Shown here piece after piece: positions 25,812 through 34,287 of a stretch of DNA of 36,181 bases (positions are counted from its first letter, which is position 1; each line of letters begins with the position of its first letter). Where the stretch lies: positions 1 to 36,181 of the forward strand of contig JBBDZZ010000040.1 of NCBI GenBank assembly GCA_040899885.1, written 5' to 3'. The stretch comes from Chloroflexota bacterium. GTDB lineage: Bacteria > Chloroflexota > Limnocylindria > Limnocylindrales > CSP1-4. The notes below the pieces were generated by a model that saw only the letters and a list, made by a program, of their open reading frames with translations, ran no database searches and was not told the DNA's origin. Position numbers and translations under genes: made by a program.

Positions 25812-26141
25812 CTAGAGCCGCTCGAATCGTTCCACCGGCAGGACGAACACGGTCGCCCCGCCGACCTCGACCTCGAGCGGGTAGGGCATGAAGAACTCGC
25901 CGGGCTCCATGATCGGCGGCATCGGGTTGACGACCTGGGTCCGGGAGGTGCAGTTCTCGCGGACGATCCCCAGCACCTCGTCGACCTTGCCGTCCTCGAC
26001 CCCGACGATGATCGTCGCGTTCGACTGCTTGAGGAACCCGCCGGAGCTGTGCAGCCGCGTTGCGCGGTACTCGCGATCGAGGAGGGCGTCCACGAGCGGG
26101 CCGGCGTCCTCGTTGTGGACGATCGAGACGACGAGCTTCAC
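25812..26141 (-). CDS. darA: PII-like cyclic-di-AMP receptor DarA/PstA (YaaQ, DUF970)
   Basis: GTG 26141 gives a 109-aa product VKLVVSIVHNEDAGPLVDALLDREYRATRLHSSGGFLKQSNATIIVGVEDGKVDEVLGIVRENC...GGATVFVLPVERFERL. The YaaQ family signature (TxLxSxGGFL..GNxT) and length match B. subtilis YaaQ. The upstream part of track ORF 25812..26942 is rejected. Confidence 0.85.
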   Translation of the reverse strand: MKLVVSIVHNEDAGPLVDALLDREYRATRLHSSGGFLKQSNATIIVGVEDGKVDEVLGIVRENCTSRTQVVNPMPPIMEPGEFFMPYPLEVEVGGATVFVLPVERFERL

Positions 26142-26252
26142 CGCCCGAGTATGGCATTGCCCCTGCCGGCCCGGGACTGGCCGGGCGGGGGTGTACGATG
26201 CCCGCTCCATTCGCCTGTCACCGTTGTGTCGTACTCGCGCGAGGAGTGACCC

Positions 26253-27275
26253 GTGCCCGACGCCACCCCGAATCAGATCGACAGCCACATCCCCGCGCTG
26301 GCTGCGTCCGCCGAGGCCCTTGCCCGCGGGCCTAACCTCGACAGCGCGCTGACGACGATTCTCGGTACGGCCGCGACCACTGTCGGTGCGGACCGTGCCG
26401 CGATCTTCCTCCAGGACCCCGACCGTCCGGCACCGGACCTGGCCGCGTCGTTCGGAATGGACGCGAGCCAGATCGCGGCCTGGCGAGAGGGGCTGGCGAA
26501 CCCTGCGCACCCGGTCGTCGAGGCCGCGAGGACGCGGACCGCGGCGTTCGACCGGCTGGCCGCCGATGGGGCGGCCGGTGTCAACGCCGACCTCCCGCTC
26601 GTCGTCTCGCGCGACGGAGTCGAAAGCTCCGTCGGCGGAATGACCTTGGCCTGGCCATCGACGCGCCCCGTGGACGTGGCCGAGCGGACGTTCCTCCAGG
26701 CCATCGCCGATCTCGCTGCCGTCGCGATCGAGCGATTCCGTCTTGCCTCGCTCATCACCGAGCGGTCCGACTGGTTCGAGCGGCTTGCCCACACGGACCC
26801 GCTGACCGGCCTCGCGAACCAGCGAACGCTCGCCCGGGTTCTGGAGCTTGAGCTCGCGCGGGCGGGCCGCCAGGGTGGCGAGGTCTCCGTTGCGCTCTTC
26901 GACGTCGACGACTTCGTGGCAACGAACGAGGCCGCCGGCCACGAGGCCGGCGACGACCTCCTTCGCGCGGTCGCGGCCGTCCTGTCCGAGTCCGTCCGGC
27001 TCGTCGACACCGTCGCCCGATTCGGCGGCGACGAGTTCGTCCTCGTGGCGCCCGGACCGGCCGGGATCACGGTCGCTCGGCGAGTCCTCGCGGGAATCGC
27101 AGCGCTGCCAGACGTCGGAGGGCGCCGGCCGTCGGTGTCGGCCGGGGTCGCCAGGTTCCCTGCCGACGGGACGAGTGCGGACGAGCTGATCGGTGCCGCG
27201 CAGCGCGCGCTGGCGGCCGCCCGGGAGTCCGGTCCCGGGAAGCTGGCCGAGGCGTCGGCCCAGCCGACCGGCTAG
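26253..27275 (+). CDS. GAF-domain diguanylate cyclase (GGDEF) with intact I-site
   Basis: GTG start is preceded by GAGGAGtgaccc. N-terminal GAF-like domain; then HTDPLTGLANQR, ALFDVDDF, NEAAGHEAGDDLL and the active site FGGDEF, with RLVD (RxxD) five residues upstream. Confidence 0.9.
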   Translation: MPDATPNQIDSHIPALAASAEALARGPNLDSALTTILGTAATTVGADRAAIFLQDPDRPAPDLAASFGMDASQIAAWREGLANPAHPVVEAARTRTAAFDRLAADGAAGVNADLPLVVSRDGVESSVGGMTLAWPSTRPVDVAERTFLQAIADLAAVAIERFRLASLITERSDWFERLAHTDPLTGLANQRTLARVLELELARAGRQGGEVSVALFDVDDFVATNEAAGHEAGDDLLRAVAAVLSESVRLVDTVARFGGDEFVLVAPGPAGITVARRVLAGIAALPDVGGRRPSVSAGVARFPADGTSADELIGAAQRALAAARESGPGKLAEASAQPTG

Positions 27276-27991
27276 CCGCTCACCCGCTGACGCTGGCCGG
27301 CCTCGAGGGGCACGGTCTCGTCGAAGACCGCTCGCAGCACCCGCTCGAAAAGGGCGTCGGCGCCCGCCCCGTCGTCGTCGTCCACGACCCGGATCCGGCC
27401 GGGCTCCAACCGCGCTAGCTCGAGGAACCCGGTGCGGACGCGCTCGTGGAACGCGCGGTCGTAAGCCGACTCGAACCGGGTCCGCTCGCGGATGCCCTTG
27501 CGCGCGAGTCCCACTTCCACCGGTATGTCGAGCAGCACGGTTCGCCGCGGCACGAGGCCGCCGGTCGCGAATCGCTCGACCTCCCGAAGCTGGTCCAGCG
27601 GGAGCCCCAGGCCGTAGCCCTGGTATGCGAGCGTGGAGTCCGTGAAGCGCGTCGCGATGACGACGTCGCCCCGTTCCAGGGCAGGCCGGATCACCTCGTC
27701 GACCAGCTGCGCCCGGGATGCGTTGAACAGCAGCGCGTCGGCACGGGGCAGGATCGTGCCGGCCGACCGGCGCTCGAGGAGGATCTCGCGCAACCGCTCG
27801 CCGAGCTCGGTTCCGCCCGGCTCGCGGACGAGCGTCACGGTCCGGCCGCGACCCTCGACGTAACGCGCCAGCCGCGCGGCCTGGGTCGTCTTGCCCGCTC
27901 CCTCCGGCCCTTCGACCGTGACGAACAGGCCCGCCGGGGACGGGTTGGGGGCGTTCACCCCGGGAGTGTAGACGCCTCCGCGGGCTACCAT
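27272..27991 (-). CDS. tmk: dTMP (thymidylate) kinase
   Basis: GLFVTVEGPEGAGKTTQAARLARYVE (P-loop), VREPGGTELGERLREILL, ADALLFNASRAQL, DRFTDSTLAYQGYG. Start is uncertain: ATG 27991 (used), GVNAP GTG 27958, or ATG 28018. Confidence 0.9.
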   Translation of the reverse strand: MVARGGVYTPGVNAPNPSPAGLFVTVEGPEGAGKTTQAARLARYVEGRGRTVTLVREPGGTELGERLREILLERRSAGTILPRADALLFNASRAQLVDEVIRPALERGDVVIATRFTDSTLAYQGYGLGLPLDQLREVERFATGGLVPRRTVLLDIPVEVGLARKGIRERTRFESAYDRAFHERVRTGFLELARLEPGRIRVVDDDDGAGADALFERVLRAVFDETVPLEAGQRQRVSG

Positions 27992-27997
27992 CGTCGG

Positions 27998-28747
27998 ATG
28001 ATCGCTGCGAGCGGGCATCGCCGAGCGCGGCGCCTCGCAGCCGTCGCGGGCGTGCTTGCCGGGCTCATGATCCCCGCCGTCGCGGTCGCCCATCCGCTCG
28101 GCAACATCACGATCAACCACTACGCCGGCATCCGGGTGGGGCTGGAGGAGATCCGGCTCGATGTCGTCATCGACCAGGCGGAGATCCCCACGTTCGAGGA
28201 GCGCAGCCGGCTCGACGCCGATGCCGACGGGGAGCTCTCCGACGCGGAGGTCGCGGCCGCCCGCGAGCCGGAATGCCGGGCGCTGGCGGATTTGCTGGAG
28301 CTGAAGGTCGCAGGCTCAGCGGTGACTCTCGCGTCATCCGGCGCCGATCTCACCTTCCCACTCGGGGCCGGCCTGCCGACGATGCGCCTCGAGTGCCAGT
28401 ACGTGGCAGCCCTGCCTGCCCCGCTCCCGACGGACGGCGTCGAGATCGAATTCACCGACGGCTCGTTCGAAGGCCGTCTGGGCTGGCGCGAGATCGTCGT
28501 CGAGGGCGACGGCACGATCGTCGAGGCGACTGCGGGCGAATTCCTGACCCGTTCGCTGTCCGAGCGGCTCACTCGCTATCCGGCCGACCGCCTGGCGACG
28601 CCACTCGCGATGTCGACGGTGAAGTTCCGGGCGACTCCCGGCGGTGGAACGGCATCGCCCGCCGCCACTCCGAGCGTTCGGGGCCATCAGCCGAAGGGCT
28701 GCCGGCGATCTTTGGCACGACCGATCTCTCGCCGACGATCGTTCTGA
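27998..28747 (+). CDS. Secreted/periplasmic protein genetically coupled to the NicO-type transporter
   Basis: ATG 27998. Signal peptide RRARRLAAVAGVLAGLMIPAVAVAHP is followed by LGNITINHYAGIRV.., an N-terminal motif I recall (from memory, unverified) in proteins fused or adjacent to HxxxPGHGK transporters. The TGA stop overlaps the next ATG (TGATG at 28745-28749). Confidence 0.7.
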   Translation: MIAASGHRRARRLAAVAGVLAGLMIPAVAVAHPLGNITINHYAGIRVGLEEIRLDVVIDQAEIPTFEERSRLDADADGELSDAEVAAAREPECRALADLLELKVAGSAVTLASSGADLTFPLGAGLPTMRLECQYVAALPAPLPTDGVEIEFTDGSFEGRLGWREIVVEGDGTIVEATAGEFLTRSLSERLTRYPADRLATPLAMSTVKFRATPGGGTASPAATPSVRGHQPKGCRRSLARPISRRRSF

Positions 28748-29418
28748 TGTCGCTGCTCACGGCGATCGCGCTTGGCGCGTTCCACGCCCTGACACCAGGC
28801 CATGGCAAGACGCTGGTCGCGGCAGCGCTCGTTGGGGCGCGCGGGACGGCCGCCCACGCCGCCGGCCTGGGCCTCGCGGTCACGATCTCCCACACCGTCG
28901 GAATCCTCGTTCTCGCCGCGCTCATCGCGGCCGCCCAGGGACTCCTTCCAGCGAAGGTCGTGGCCACGACGCTCCCGCTCATCGCAGCTCTTGGAATCGT
29001 GGCGGTGGGTGCGTGGATGCTCTTCACAGAGATCCGCCGCCTGCGGGCAGCGCACGGCACCGGCAAGAGTCCGGCTGGGCACGCCGAAAAGGCGATCGGG
29101 CGGCGGAGCCTGTTCGCGCTTGGCCTGGCCGGCGGCATCGTTCCCTCGACGAGCGCCCTGCTGATCCTCCTCGGTGCGATCGCTGCGGGCCGGCCAGCCT
29201 TCGGCGTCGTGCTCGTCGTGGCATTCGGGCTCGGGATGGCCGTGGTCCTCTGCGGAATCGGCCTGGCGGTCGTGCGCGCCCGCGGCTGGGTCGACCGCGC
29301 ATCGGTCGGTTCCCGCTTCCATGACCTGTACGGCTACGCGCCCCTCGCCGCCTCGATCGTCGTTATCTCGCTCGGCGCGTGGCTCACCCTGCAGTCGCTG
29401 GCCGGCCTCGGGCCCTGA
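28747..29418 (+). CDS. NicO/RcnA-family nickel/cobalt transporter membrane protein
   Basis: MSLLTAIALGAFHALTPGHGKTLVAAALVG carries the family signature H-x3-PGH-[GS]-KT. The second half has LAGGIVPSTSALLILLG, and there are about 6 TM segments. The upstream part of track ORF 28273..29418 overlaps the preceding gene in another frame. Confidence 0.8.
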   Translation: MSLLTAIALGAFHALTPGHGKTLVAAALVGARGTAAHAAGLGLAVTISHTVGILVLAALIAAAQGLLPAKVVATTLPLIAALGIVAVGAWMLFTEIRRLRAAHGTGKSPAGHAEKAIGRRSLFALGLAGGIVPSTSALLILLGAIAAGRPAFGVVLVVAFGLGMAVVLCGIGLAVVRARGWVDRASVGSRFHDLYGYAPLAASIVVISLGAWLTLQSLAGLGP

Positions 29419-30442
29419 ACCGGAAGCACGCCCTGCCGGCTCGACCCGCTTCGTTCGCCTGCCGAGCGTCCTCCGAGAAACGAGCCAGATCGGCCTGCCG
29501 CACCCAGCTCTGGGCCTCGTCCGCGAACCACGAGCCGGGCTCGAACATCGCAAGGTCGCGGCTGTATTGCTCGCTGCCGATGAACTCCTTCGGGTGCGTC
29601 TCCTGGAACGTCTCCTCGAGCTCGAGGCCCGCCGAGACCGCCATCGCCTCGAGTGCCGGAGCGGAGAACACGAACAGGTGGCGGGGTGGGTCGAGCTCCC
29701 ACCAGTCGGTCCCGTAGCGCTCCCACAGCGCGGTGCCGATGATCGGCGTGCGCACGACGACCCTTCCGCCGGGCCGCAGGAGGCGGGCGGCCGCTGCGAG
29801 CGCGGCGGCCGGATCGGGAACGTGCTCCAGGGAGTGGTGAAACCAGACGAGGTCGAACCGGGTGTGAATGCGCTCGATCCCCACCTTCCGGACCGGAACC
29901 CCTTCGACTGTGACGTCGCGCTCGATGAACGGGTCGATCCCGAGCAGCCGGTTGAAGCCGAGCGCCCGCAGGGCGACGAGGCGATTCGGAATCGCGCCGC
30001 AGCCGACGTCGAGGACGCCCCCGTCGAACGAACGAACTCCCCAGCGGACGAACGACACCCGCCAGCGCCGATAGCCGGCGGGCGGAGCGACGATGCGGCG
30101 GGCAATTCGAGCCGCCCATCGACCGGAGCCCCTGAAATCAGGGCGGACGCCGATGCCGACAACTCGCCGCCGGAGGTCCGAACCCGGCACCATGTCCGGG
30201 TCGAGCCGCTCGTAGTGGTAGCGGGCCGGATAGTGCCGCCCGAGGTCGGTCGGGACCTCGGCGATCCGGATCGTGCCGCACCCGTCGCACAGCAGGTAGT
30301 CGAACGCCTCGCGCGTTCCGAACATCATCTCCCGCAGTCGGACGCGACGATGGGGCCCCGTCGTCGTGCAGATCGGGCAGGTCGCGGTCTCGGTCGGGGC
30401 CTCCGCGAGATCCTGTCGCGGAGGCGGTACCACGAGGTTCAC
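29384..30442 (-). CDS. Class I SAM-dependent methyltransferase with N-terminal zinc ribbon
   Basis: CPICTTTG...CDGCG zinc ribbon. SAM motif I is VLDVGCGAIPN. Also FDLVWFHHSLEHVPDPAAALAAAARLLRPGGRVVV. GTGA overlap with the upstream GT stop (30439-30442). Confidence 0.85.
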   Translation of the reverse strand: MNLVVPPPRQDLAEAPTETATCPICTTTGPHRRVRLREMMFGTREAFDYLLCDGCGTIRIAEVPTDLGRHYPARYHYERLDPDMVPGSDLRRRVVGIGVRPDFRGSGRWAARIARRIVAPPAGYRRWRVSFVRWGVRSFDGGVLDVGCGAIPNRLVALRALGFNRLLGIDPFIERDVTVEGVPVRKVGIERIHTRFDLVWFHHSLEHVPDPAAALAAAARLLRPGGRVVVRTPIIGTALWERYGTDWWELDPPRHLFVFSAPALEAMAVSAGLELEETFQETHPKEFIGSEQYSRDLAMFEPGSWFADEAQSWVRQADLARFSEDARQANEAGRAGRACFRFRARGRPATAG

Positions 30443-32127
30443 CGGCCCCGCGCCGCGGTCGGCACACGGGTCGATTCCCGCGGCCTCTTGCGCTTACCGT
30501 CGCGCGATCGTACGAGCGGCAGAAGCGCGTCGAGGAGCTCGTCGGCGCGGCGGCTCACGGTGTGCCGCTCGAGGACCGCCCGGCGGCCCCGCTCGGCGAA
30601 CGGCCGGCGGGCGGGCGGGTCGGCGAGGTAGCGCTCCACGATGAGCGCGAGATCGGCCGGGTCGGTGTACGTCACGACGGCACCGTCGAACTCCTCGTCC
30701 AGTCCGGCGACCGGGTCGGAGATGACGAACGCGCCGGCAGCCAGCGCGTCGTACAGGCGATTGTTGATCATCCCCGCCTCGGCGGATTCGAGCCAGTGGT
30801 CGTTGAGAACGATGTCCGCCGCCGAGTAATACGAGGGCAGGTCACGGTTCGAGACGACCGTGCCCCGCAGGTAGACCGGGTCGAGCAGGTCATCCGCCCA
30901 CCCGCCACCGTAGACCGCGAGGTCGTGGGTGGTCGGCGTGACGTCGTCGATGATCGTCCGGCGGGTGCCGCGCGAGTTGCCGACGAACAGGAGCTCATGA
31001 TGCGGACCGCCAGGAGTCGGCCGGAATCGCTCCGGGTCGGTCGCCTGGTGGAGCGATCGCACGTCGCGCCCCGCCCGGTCGGACAGCCGGCGTGCGAGGG
31101 TGTCCGACGCGGCGAATACCGTGTCGTACCTCGCGCACAGCTCGTCGGTGACGAGCTCCGGGTGGTAAAGGATCCAGAGGGCGTTGACCTGGGTGGGCCG
31201 GACGGCCAGCTCGTAGCGGCCCCACAGGTGAATGACGATGTCCTCGCGAGCGGTCGCCGGTCTCGACCACTCGCGCTGGAAATAGACCGATGTCGGGTGC
31301 CCGCGTCGCTCGAACTGGCGCTGGAGCGCGCGGGCGAGGTGATTGTCGCCTGACGGCTCCGCGACGTCCCAGCGGAGCGCCTGGACCATCACCGCGATCC
31401 GGGTCCGCGATGCCCACTCCCTCACCGCGGCCGCGACGGCGTCCGCCTTCGGCCAGCCGTCCGGGCCACCGCCGGCCACGGTGGCCGCCTTCGAGCTCGA
31501 CGCGGTGACCCGGTCCGCGGTCGCCTCGTCCGGGACGAGCACGATGTCGAACGCGTCGAACCACGGCTGGGCCAGCCAGGCCTCCGCGTCACCGGCCACG
31601 GCCGCGACGAGGATCGTCTCGCGCGGGCCGTCACGGGGGTCGTGGCTCGCGGTCGCAACGACGAGCACGTCGGTCGCGTCGATCGGCCGGCCCTTCCCGC
31701 CGAGCCTGGCCAGGAGCCGGGAGCGATAGTCGGCCGGACCCACCCCCTCCGCCGGCGGCACGTGGATCCCGCCGGCGAGCCTGGCGGCCGCGGCCGGTCG
31801 GCCCGGCCCCGGCGAATCCCCGCCGCCCGGTCGCGCTCTACCCGAAACGCGCCGGACGAAGCGCAGCACCCAGATCGCGAGCCCGACGACGCGCCGGGCG
31901 CGCAGACGGGCGAGGGTCTGCGTGGCGAGGTCCCGCTCGCGGAGTGCCCGGTCGCGCTCCTTCTGCATCGCCTCTGCCTCGACCCGGCGGACCCGTGCCA
32001 GCTCGAGAGCGTCGCGGAGCCGCGCCGCGCGAAGGTTCGTCGCTTTCGCGAGGATCTCGGCGGCAGGCCGCGGCAGGTCGTCGCCGGTCGTGCCGGTCCG
32101 GCGAGTGCGGGCGGGACCGTCTGTCAC
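30439..32127 (-). CDS. CgeB-family (Glyco_trans_1_2 / DUF3880-type) glycosyltransferase with N-terminal coiled coil
   Basis: 562 aa. C-terminal GT-B half: LLFVGNSRGTRR..LAVYGGGW...LPSYYSAADIVLNDHW..MINNRLYDALAAGAFVISD...AERGRRAVLERHTVSRRADEL. N-terminus has an Arg/Glu-rich helix (RVRRVEAEAMQKERDRALRERDLATQTLARLRAR). Confidence 0.8.
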   Translation of the reverse strand: MTDGPARTRRTGTTGDDLPRPAAEILAKATNLRAARLRDALELARVRRVEAEAMQKERDRALRERDLATQTLARLRARRVVGLAIWVLRFVRRVSGRARPGGGDSPGPGRPAAAARLAGGIHVPPAEGVGPADYRSRLLARLGGKGRPIDATDVLVVATASHDPRDGPRETILVAAVAGDAEAWLAQPWFDAFDIVLVPDEATADRVTASSSKAATVAGGGPDGWPKADAVAAAVREWASRTRIAVMVQALRWDVAEPSGDNHLARALQRQFERRGHPTSVYFQREWSRPATAREDIVIHLWGRYELAVRPTQVNALWILYHPELVTDELCARYDTVFAASDTLARRLSDRAGRDVRSLHQATDPERFRPTPGGPHHELLFVGNSRGTRRTIIDDVTPTTHDLAVYGGGWADDLLDPVYLRGTVVSNRDLPSYYSAADIVLNDHWLESAEAGMINNRLYDALAAGAFVISDPVAGLDEEFDGAVVTYTDPADLALIVERYLADPPARRPFAERGRRAVLERHTVSRRADELLDALLPLVRSRDGKRKRPRESTRVPTAARGR

Positions 32128-32142
32128 GGCTGAGGTAACCGC

Positions 32143-34275
32143 CTAGCGCCAGGCCTTGGCCGCGTCCGGGTAGAGGCGAACCCGGCGGTACGGCTCCCGG
32201 CCGCGCGAGCGCGACACGAGGTTTGCCCGCTCCGCCATCTGGTGCTGGAGCCGCCGGATGTACGCGTTCTGGGGCGACAGCTCGACCGCCTCGGACTGCG
32301 ACAGGACGATCCCGATCGCCTCTTCGGTCTCACGCAGCGCGGCCTCTCGGGGATCGACCTCGAGCGAGAACACGGACGTCAGGCTGGCCTGCATCTGGAC
32401 GATCGTGTTGCTCTTCAGGACGTAGATCGGCAGGCCCCGGTCCTCGGCCTCGCGGAGCCGCGGCGTCTTCTGCTTGTACTCGTTCTTCAGGGTCATCACG
32501 ACGTCCGCCTCGTCGACGTCGCGCGCGACGATGACCGGCAGCTGGAGCTCGCGGATCGCCTGCTCGAGGCGCTTGCGGCTGATCCCCTGGGGCAGGACAC
32601 GGAGCGTCGGGAGCGACCCGGCGCCGTCGACCCGGATCGCCTCGCCGTCGTCGTCGATCGCCGACGCGATGGCCCGGTCGGCCAGGGCCTCGTCGTCTTC
32701 GTCGAGCTCGTCGAGCTCGTCGCCGCCGTTGATCGGGCCCGTCCCCTCCTCCGCTTTGAGTGCGGTGATCGCGCGGGACGCCTGCTCCGCCCACGCCTTC
32801 TGGCGCTGGAGCTCCCGCGCGTCGCGCGCCCGGGGCTCGACGGCGGGCACGTCGCCACGCTCGAGCGGACCGCGGTCGGCGATGTCTCCCGCGACGAAGG
32901 GGATCTCGGAGCCTGGGCCGATGGCGCCCGGCGGAACGGCAAAGCGCTCGCCGGGCAGGGTTGAGCCGGCAGGGCCACCGCCCGGGTCACCTCCGTCCGA
33001 AGAGCGACCGGACGACCGGCCGCCCGACCGGCCGCCGCCCTCCGCCCGAGCCGAGCTCTCTCGGCCACGCGCCTGGCGCCATCCGCCCGATTGCCCCGGC
33101 CGGTAACCGGAGCGGAGTCCTCCGCGGTCCGTTTCGCGATAGCCGCCGGTCCGGTACGGGCTCTCGCCGCGCCAGCCGGGCTCCGTGCGCCAGCCCTGGC
33201 CACCGCCCACGAGCCCCGCGAAGCGCTCCGTGCCCAGCTGCTCCCTGGGCGAAGGTCGCGGTCGGGCCTGCGAGCGATGGACGCCCTCCTCATCCCGCCA
33301 GCGCAGCTCCGGGGCGACCGGATCGCCCCGCAGCAGGTCGTCGACCGTGTCCGCCACGTCCGAGTGGACCATCACCCGGTCGCGGTCCTGGATCTCGATG
33401 ATCACGTCGAACGTCGGGGGAGCCTTGCGCTCGAGGACGCTCTTCTGGGTCCGCCGCCGGCGTGCCTCCTCGTCGCCGAGGGTCACGCTCTGGATCCCGC
33501 CGATGAGGTCGGACAGGGTCGGGTTGAGCATGAGGTTGTCGAGGTTGTTGCCGTGGGCCGTCCCGATGAGCTGGACGCCCCGCTCGGCGATCGTCCGCGC
33601 GGCCTGTGCCTCGAGCTCCGTGCCGATCTCGTCGATGACGATGACCTGGGGCATGTGGTTCTCGACCGCTTCGATCATCACTTCGTGCTGGAGCGACGGC
33701 GTGCGCACCTGCATCCGGCGGGCCTTGCCGATTGCCGGATGGGGGATGTCCCCGTCGCCGGCAATCTCGTTCGACGTGTCGACGACGACCACCCTCTTGC
33801 CGAGGTCCACCGCGAGGACGCGGGCCGCCTCGCGAAGCATTGTCGTCTTGCCGATGCCGGGCCGCCCCATGATGAGGATCGATTTCCCGCTCTCGACGAA
33901 ATCGTCGATGATCTCGATCGTTCCGTAGACCGCCCGGCCGATCCGGCACGTGAGGCCCACGATCTTGCCGTTCCGGTTGCGGATCGCGCTGATCCTGTGG
34001 AGCGTCCGCTCGATTCCGGCCCGGTTGTCGTCGCCGAACGTGCCGATGTGCTCCACGACCCAAGCGATGTCCGATTCGTCGATCTCCCGCTCGAGGAGCG
34101 TCACCTCGCTGTTCGGGAAGCGCGCCTCCGGGCTGCGCCCGAGGTCGAGGACGACCTCGATGATGTCGGTCGGATCGGGCAGCGCGTGGATCGCGTCGAC
34201 GATCTCCGGCGGGAGTGCGGCCAGCAGGACGTCGAGATCGTCGATCAGCTCGCGGCGGCCTTCTTCAGGACTCAC
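32143..34275 (-). CDS. SpoIIIAA/Ycf45-like AAA+ ATPase with C-terminal R3H nucleic-acid-binding domain and a long RG-rich insertion
   Basis: GTG 34275 is preceded by GGAGGGtcgcc. Walker A is [15 protein letters not shown], Walker B is [10 protein letters not shown], then LIGTAHG. The C-terminal R3H motif is [39 protein letters not shown]. Residues ~331-555 are low-complexity ([70 protein letters not shown]...). Confidence 0.85.
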   Translation of the reverse strand: MSPEEGRRELIDDLDVLLAALPPEIVDAIHALPDPTDIIEVVLDLGRSPEARFPNSEVTLLEREIDESDIAWVVEHIGTFGDDNRAGIERTLHRISAIRNRNGKIVGLTCRIGRAVYGTIEIIDDFVESGKSILIMGRPGIGKTTMLREAARVLAVDLGKRVVVVDTSNEIAGDGDIPHPAIGKARRMQVRTPSLQHEVMIEAVENHMPQVIVIDEIGTELEAQAARTIAERGVQLIGTAHGNNLDNLMLNPTLSDLIGGIQSVTLGDEEARRRRTQKSVLERKAPPTFDVIIEIQDRDRVMVHSDVADTVDDLLRGDPVAPELRWRDEEGVHRSQARPRPSPREQLGTERFAGLVGGGQGWRTEPGWRGESPYRTGGYRETDRGGLRSGYRPGQSGGWRQARGRESSARAEGGGRSGGRSSGRSSDGGDPGGGPAGSTLPGERFAVPPGAIGPGSEIPFVAGDIADRGPLERGDVPAVEPRARDARELQRQKAWAEQASRAITALKAEEGTGPINGGDELDELDEDDEALADRAIASAIDDDGEAIRVDGAGSLPTLRVLPQGISRKRLEQAIRELQLPVIVARDVDEADVVMTLKNEYKQKTPRLREAEDRGLPIYVLKSNTIVQMQASLTSVFSLEVDPREAALRETEEAIGIVLSQSEAVELSPQNAYIRRLQHQMAERANLVSRSRGREPYRRVRLYPDAAKAWR

Positions 34276-34287
34276 GGCGACCCTCCA

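Noticed and set aside
26142-26252. Specific -10/-35 promoter calls in the darA/GGDEF divergent region (e.g. gtgTACGATg)
   Set aside because: There is only a single TANNNT-like hexamer and no convincing -35 or extended -10 spacing, which is too weak to annotate. The region is discussed under the DarA/GGDEF finding instead.
28273-28746. Calling the NicO locus a frameshifted pseudogene
   Set aside because: The TGATG junction gives two complete, plausible proteins: a signal-peptide protein, and a membrane protein starting just before the HALTPGHGK helix. A coupled two-gene reading is therefore at least as likely. It is kept as a finding rather than a pseudogene call.
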